Under the pieces are notes generated by a model. It ran no database searches, had not been told where the DNA came from, and saw nothing but the letters and a program-made list of their open reading frames with translations. This document shows positions 28,184-29,821 of a DNA stretch of 29,821 bases, piece after piece. Position numbers and translations under genes: made by a program. Position 1 is the first letter of the stretch. The number at the start of each line of letters is the position of its first letter. Origin of the DNA: Candidatus Thorarchaeota archaeon. GTDB lineage: Archaea > Asgardarchaeota > Thorarchaeia > Thorarchaeales > Thorarchaeaceae. Where the stretch lies: assembly GCA_048882485.1 (NCBI GenBank), contig JBHLRP010000035.1, positions 3,259-33,079 of the forward strand, written 5' to 3'.

Positions 28184-28897
28184 TTGTCACGACATTATCT
28201 GAGAATCGGTGAAACAATTGCTTATGTGGTTGCAGATCCGGAGTTCTTCACAGTAGCTGAGGCTGCTGTAAAGCAAGCAAGGAAGGACATCATTCGGTAC
28301 ATCAACTTTGATCCACATTTCCAGTTCAGCTTGGAGCCAATAACGGTTCTTGATAATTCTCCTGACATCGTCAAGAGGATGGCTGCTGCTGGTGCACGTG
28401 TCGGAGTGGGACCGATGGCCTCTGTGGCTGGTGCAATCGCACAGTATGCTGTCGAAGAAATGGTAGCTAGTGGAGCAACCCACATTCTGTTTGACAATGG
28501 TGGCGACATCGCCATGTACCTAGATCGGCCGGCTGTAGTTGGTATCTACTCCGGAGAAAGTGGTGTTGACAATCTAGGAATACGATTCACTACTTTGGAT
28601 GAACTGCAGGGCGTCTGTACGTCCTCTGCATCTATTGGTCACTCCCTCAGCTTAGGAAGAACGGATGCATCCATTGTCTTCTCAAAGGATGTGGCCCTTG
28701 CTGACGCCGCAGCCACAGCCCTTGGCAATTCTGTCACAGAGGAGAACAAGGACCAAGTGTCACACGCTTTGAGGACCGCTATGACCGAAGACATAGATGG
28801 GGCCATAGTCATTATTGGTGATACAATCGGGGCAGCAGGAAACCTTCCTCAGATTGTCCGAGCCAATGTCGACTACAAGCTCATCGCTAGGGGGTAG
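28184..28897 (+). CDS. UPF0280 (ApbE-like, COG2122) protein
   Basis: VGPMASVAGAIA, DNGGDIA, GVCTSSASIGHSLSLG, ADAAATALGN. Confidence 0.9.
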   Translation: MSRHYLRIGETIAYVVADPEFFTVAEAAVKQARKDIIRYINFDPHFQFSLEPITVLDNSPDIVKRMAAAGARVGVGPMASVAGAIAQYAVEEMVASGATHILFDNGGDIAMYLDRPAVVGIYSGESGVDNLGIRFTTLDELQGVCTSSASIGHSLSLGRTDASIVFSKDVALADAAATALGNSVTEENKDQVSHALRTAMTEDIDGAIVIIGDTIGAAGNLPQIVRANVDYKLIARG

Positions 28898-28908
28898 GAG
28901 GTGAAAAG

Positions 28909-29821
28909 ATGAGTAAGCTAGAAGCTTGCGTCATGGGAGCAACTGGCATCGTGGGGCAACACTTTGTTAGAATCCTGGACAACCACCCCTTCTTTGAACT
29001 GAGTCTAGTCACTGCGTCAGAACGTTCTGAGGGATTGGAATATGGTGAAACTACTGATTGGATAGTCACTGAGAGAGTTCCTGATGCAGCTCGACAATTG
29101 CGGGTCAACAGGACAGAAGCCGAAGCAATCGCCTCCAACGGTATTGATCTCGTCTTCAGTGCGCTCCCTTCTGGAAGTGCGTATAGTATTGAAGCGGAGC
29201 TGGCCTCTCGTGGTCTACCAGTGTTCTCAAATGCTAGCGCCCATAGGATGAGTCCTCACACGCCCATCCTCATTCCGGAGGTGAATCCTGAGCACCTGAG
29301 ATTGATAGAGCACCAAGAATACAATGGTGGCTACATTGTCACAAACTCGAACTGCTCAGTTTCAGGACTTGTTTTTGGGCTGAAACCACTCATGCCATTT
29401 GTAATCAAGACAGTGACTGTTTCGACCTATCAGGCACTCTCAGGAGCTGGACGGAATGGTGTCGCATCAATGGACATCCAGGGAAATGTGATTCCCTTCA
29501 TTGCAAACGAGGAGGATAAGATGCGGATCGAGGGGCAAGAAATTCTGGGCACATTTCGAGATGGTTTCGTTAAGCCTGCAGACTTCAAGGTCTATGCTAG
29601 CTGTGCTAGAGTCCCCGTGATGGATGGGCATCTTGAGAGTGTTGTAGTGGACTTTGATGCACCGGTTGATGTCGATGAAGCATCGCACATTCTTTCCGAG
29701 TTCAGTGGGCCACCACAGGAGCTCAGGCTGCCAACAGCGCCTGTGAAACCTATCACCCTACTTGAGGAACAAGATCGACCACAGCCGAGGCGTGACATCT
29801 CGGTGACAGAGGCCGGCAAAG
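28909..29821 (+). CDS. asd: Aspartate-semialdehyde dehydrogenase; 3' end runs off the window
   Basis: Not in the track. ATG 28909 after GGAGGTGA; MSKLEACVMGATGIVGQ..LDNHPFF, FSALPS, PEVNPEH, TNSNCS, YQALSGAG, RVPVMDGH. Confidence 0.94.
   Translation, partial: MSKLEACVMGATGIVGQHFVRILDNHPFFELSLVTASERSEGLEYGETTDWIVTERVPDAARQLRVNRTEAEAIASNGIDLVFSALPSGSAYSIEAELASRGLPVFSNASAHRMSPHTPILIPEVNPEHLRLIEHQEYNGGYIVTNSNCSVSGLVFGLKPLMPFVIKTVTVSTYQALSGAGRNGVASMDIQGNVIPFIANEEDKMRIEGQEILGTFRDGFVKPADFKVYASCARVPVMDGHLESVVVDFDAPVDVDEASHILSEFSGPPQELRLPTAPVKPITLLEEQDRPQPRRDISVTEAGK

Noticed and set aside
1-29821. tRNA, rRNA, transposase or integrase genes
   Set aside because: None recognised by eye; a tRNAscan/Rfam run would be needed for formal exclusion

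Overview
Archaeal chromosomal region, most likely from an Asgard archaeon (Thorarchaeia-like). This is inferred from the small Rab/Ras-like GTPase, the Asgard-style Zn-knuckle protein, the Ig-repeat surface protein and the GGAGGTGA/GGTGAT ribosome-binding sites. The left 10.7 kb is accessory: a truncated aryl-sulfate sulfotransferase-like surface protein (missed by the ORF track), a Zn-knuckle/possible DENN-like protein convergent with a small GTPase that follows two paralogous 3-TM proteins, a SatD + DUF3307-like pair behind three phased palindromes, a LolD/FtsX-type ABC transporter, and an HTH-Zn-finger regulator. The right 19 kb holds three amino-acid biosynthesis operons, each with its own candidate promoter: shikimate/tyrosine (CM-aminotransferase, tyrA, aroB, aroF, aroD, aroE, aroK, aroA, aroC), histidine (hisGDCBHAFI), and homocysteine/aspartate family (DUF39-ferredoxin, UPF0280, asd). 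The most interesting signal is below the ORF-track cutoff. The aro/tyr leader encodes a 26-aa peptide ending SYSGYYSYYL inside mutually exclusive RNA pairings and a hairpin plus U-rich tract, i.e. a candidate ribosome-coupled attenuator in an archaeon. The his and homocysteine leaders carry weaker cognate uORFs (HH; MVCCM). All assignments come from motif recognition and manual base-pairing; no searches or folding programs were run.
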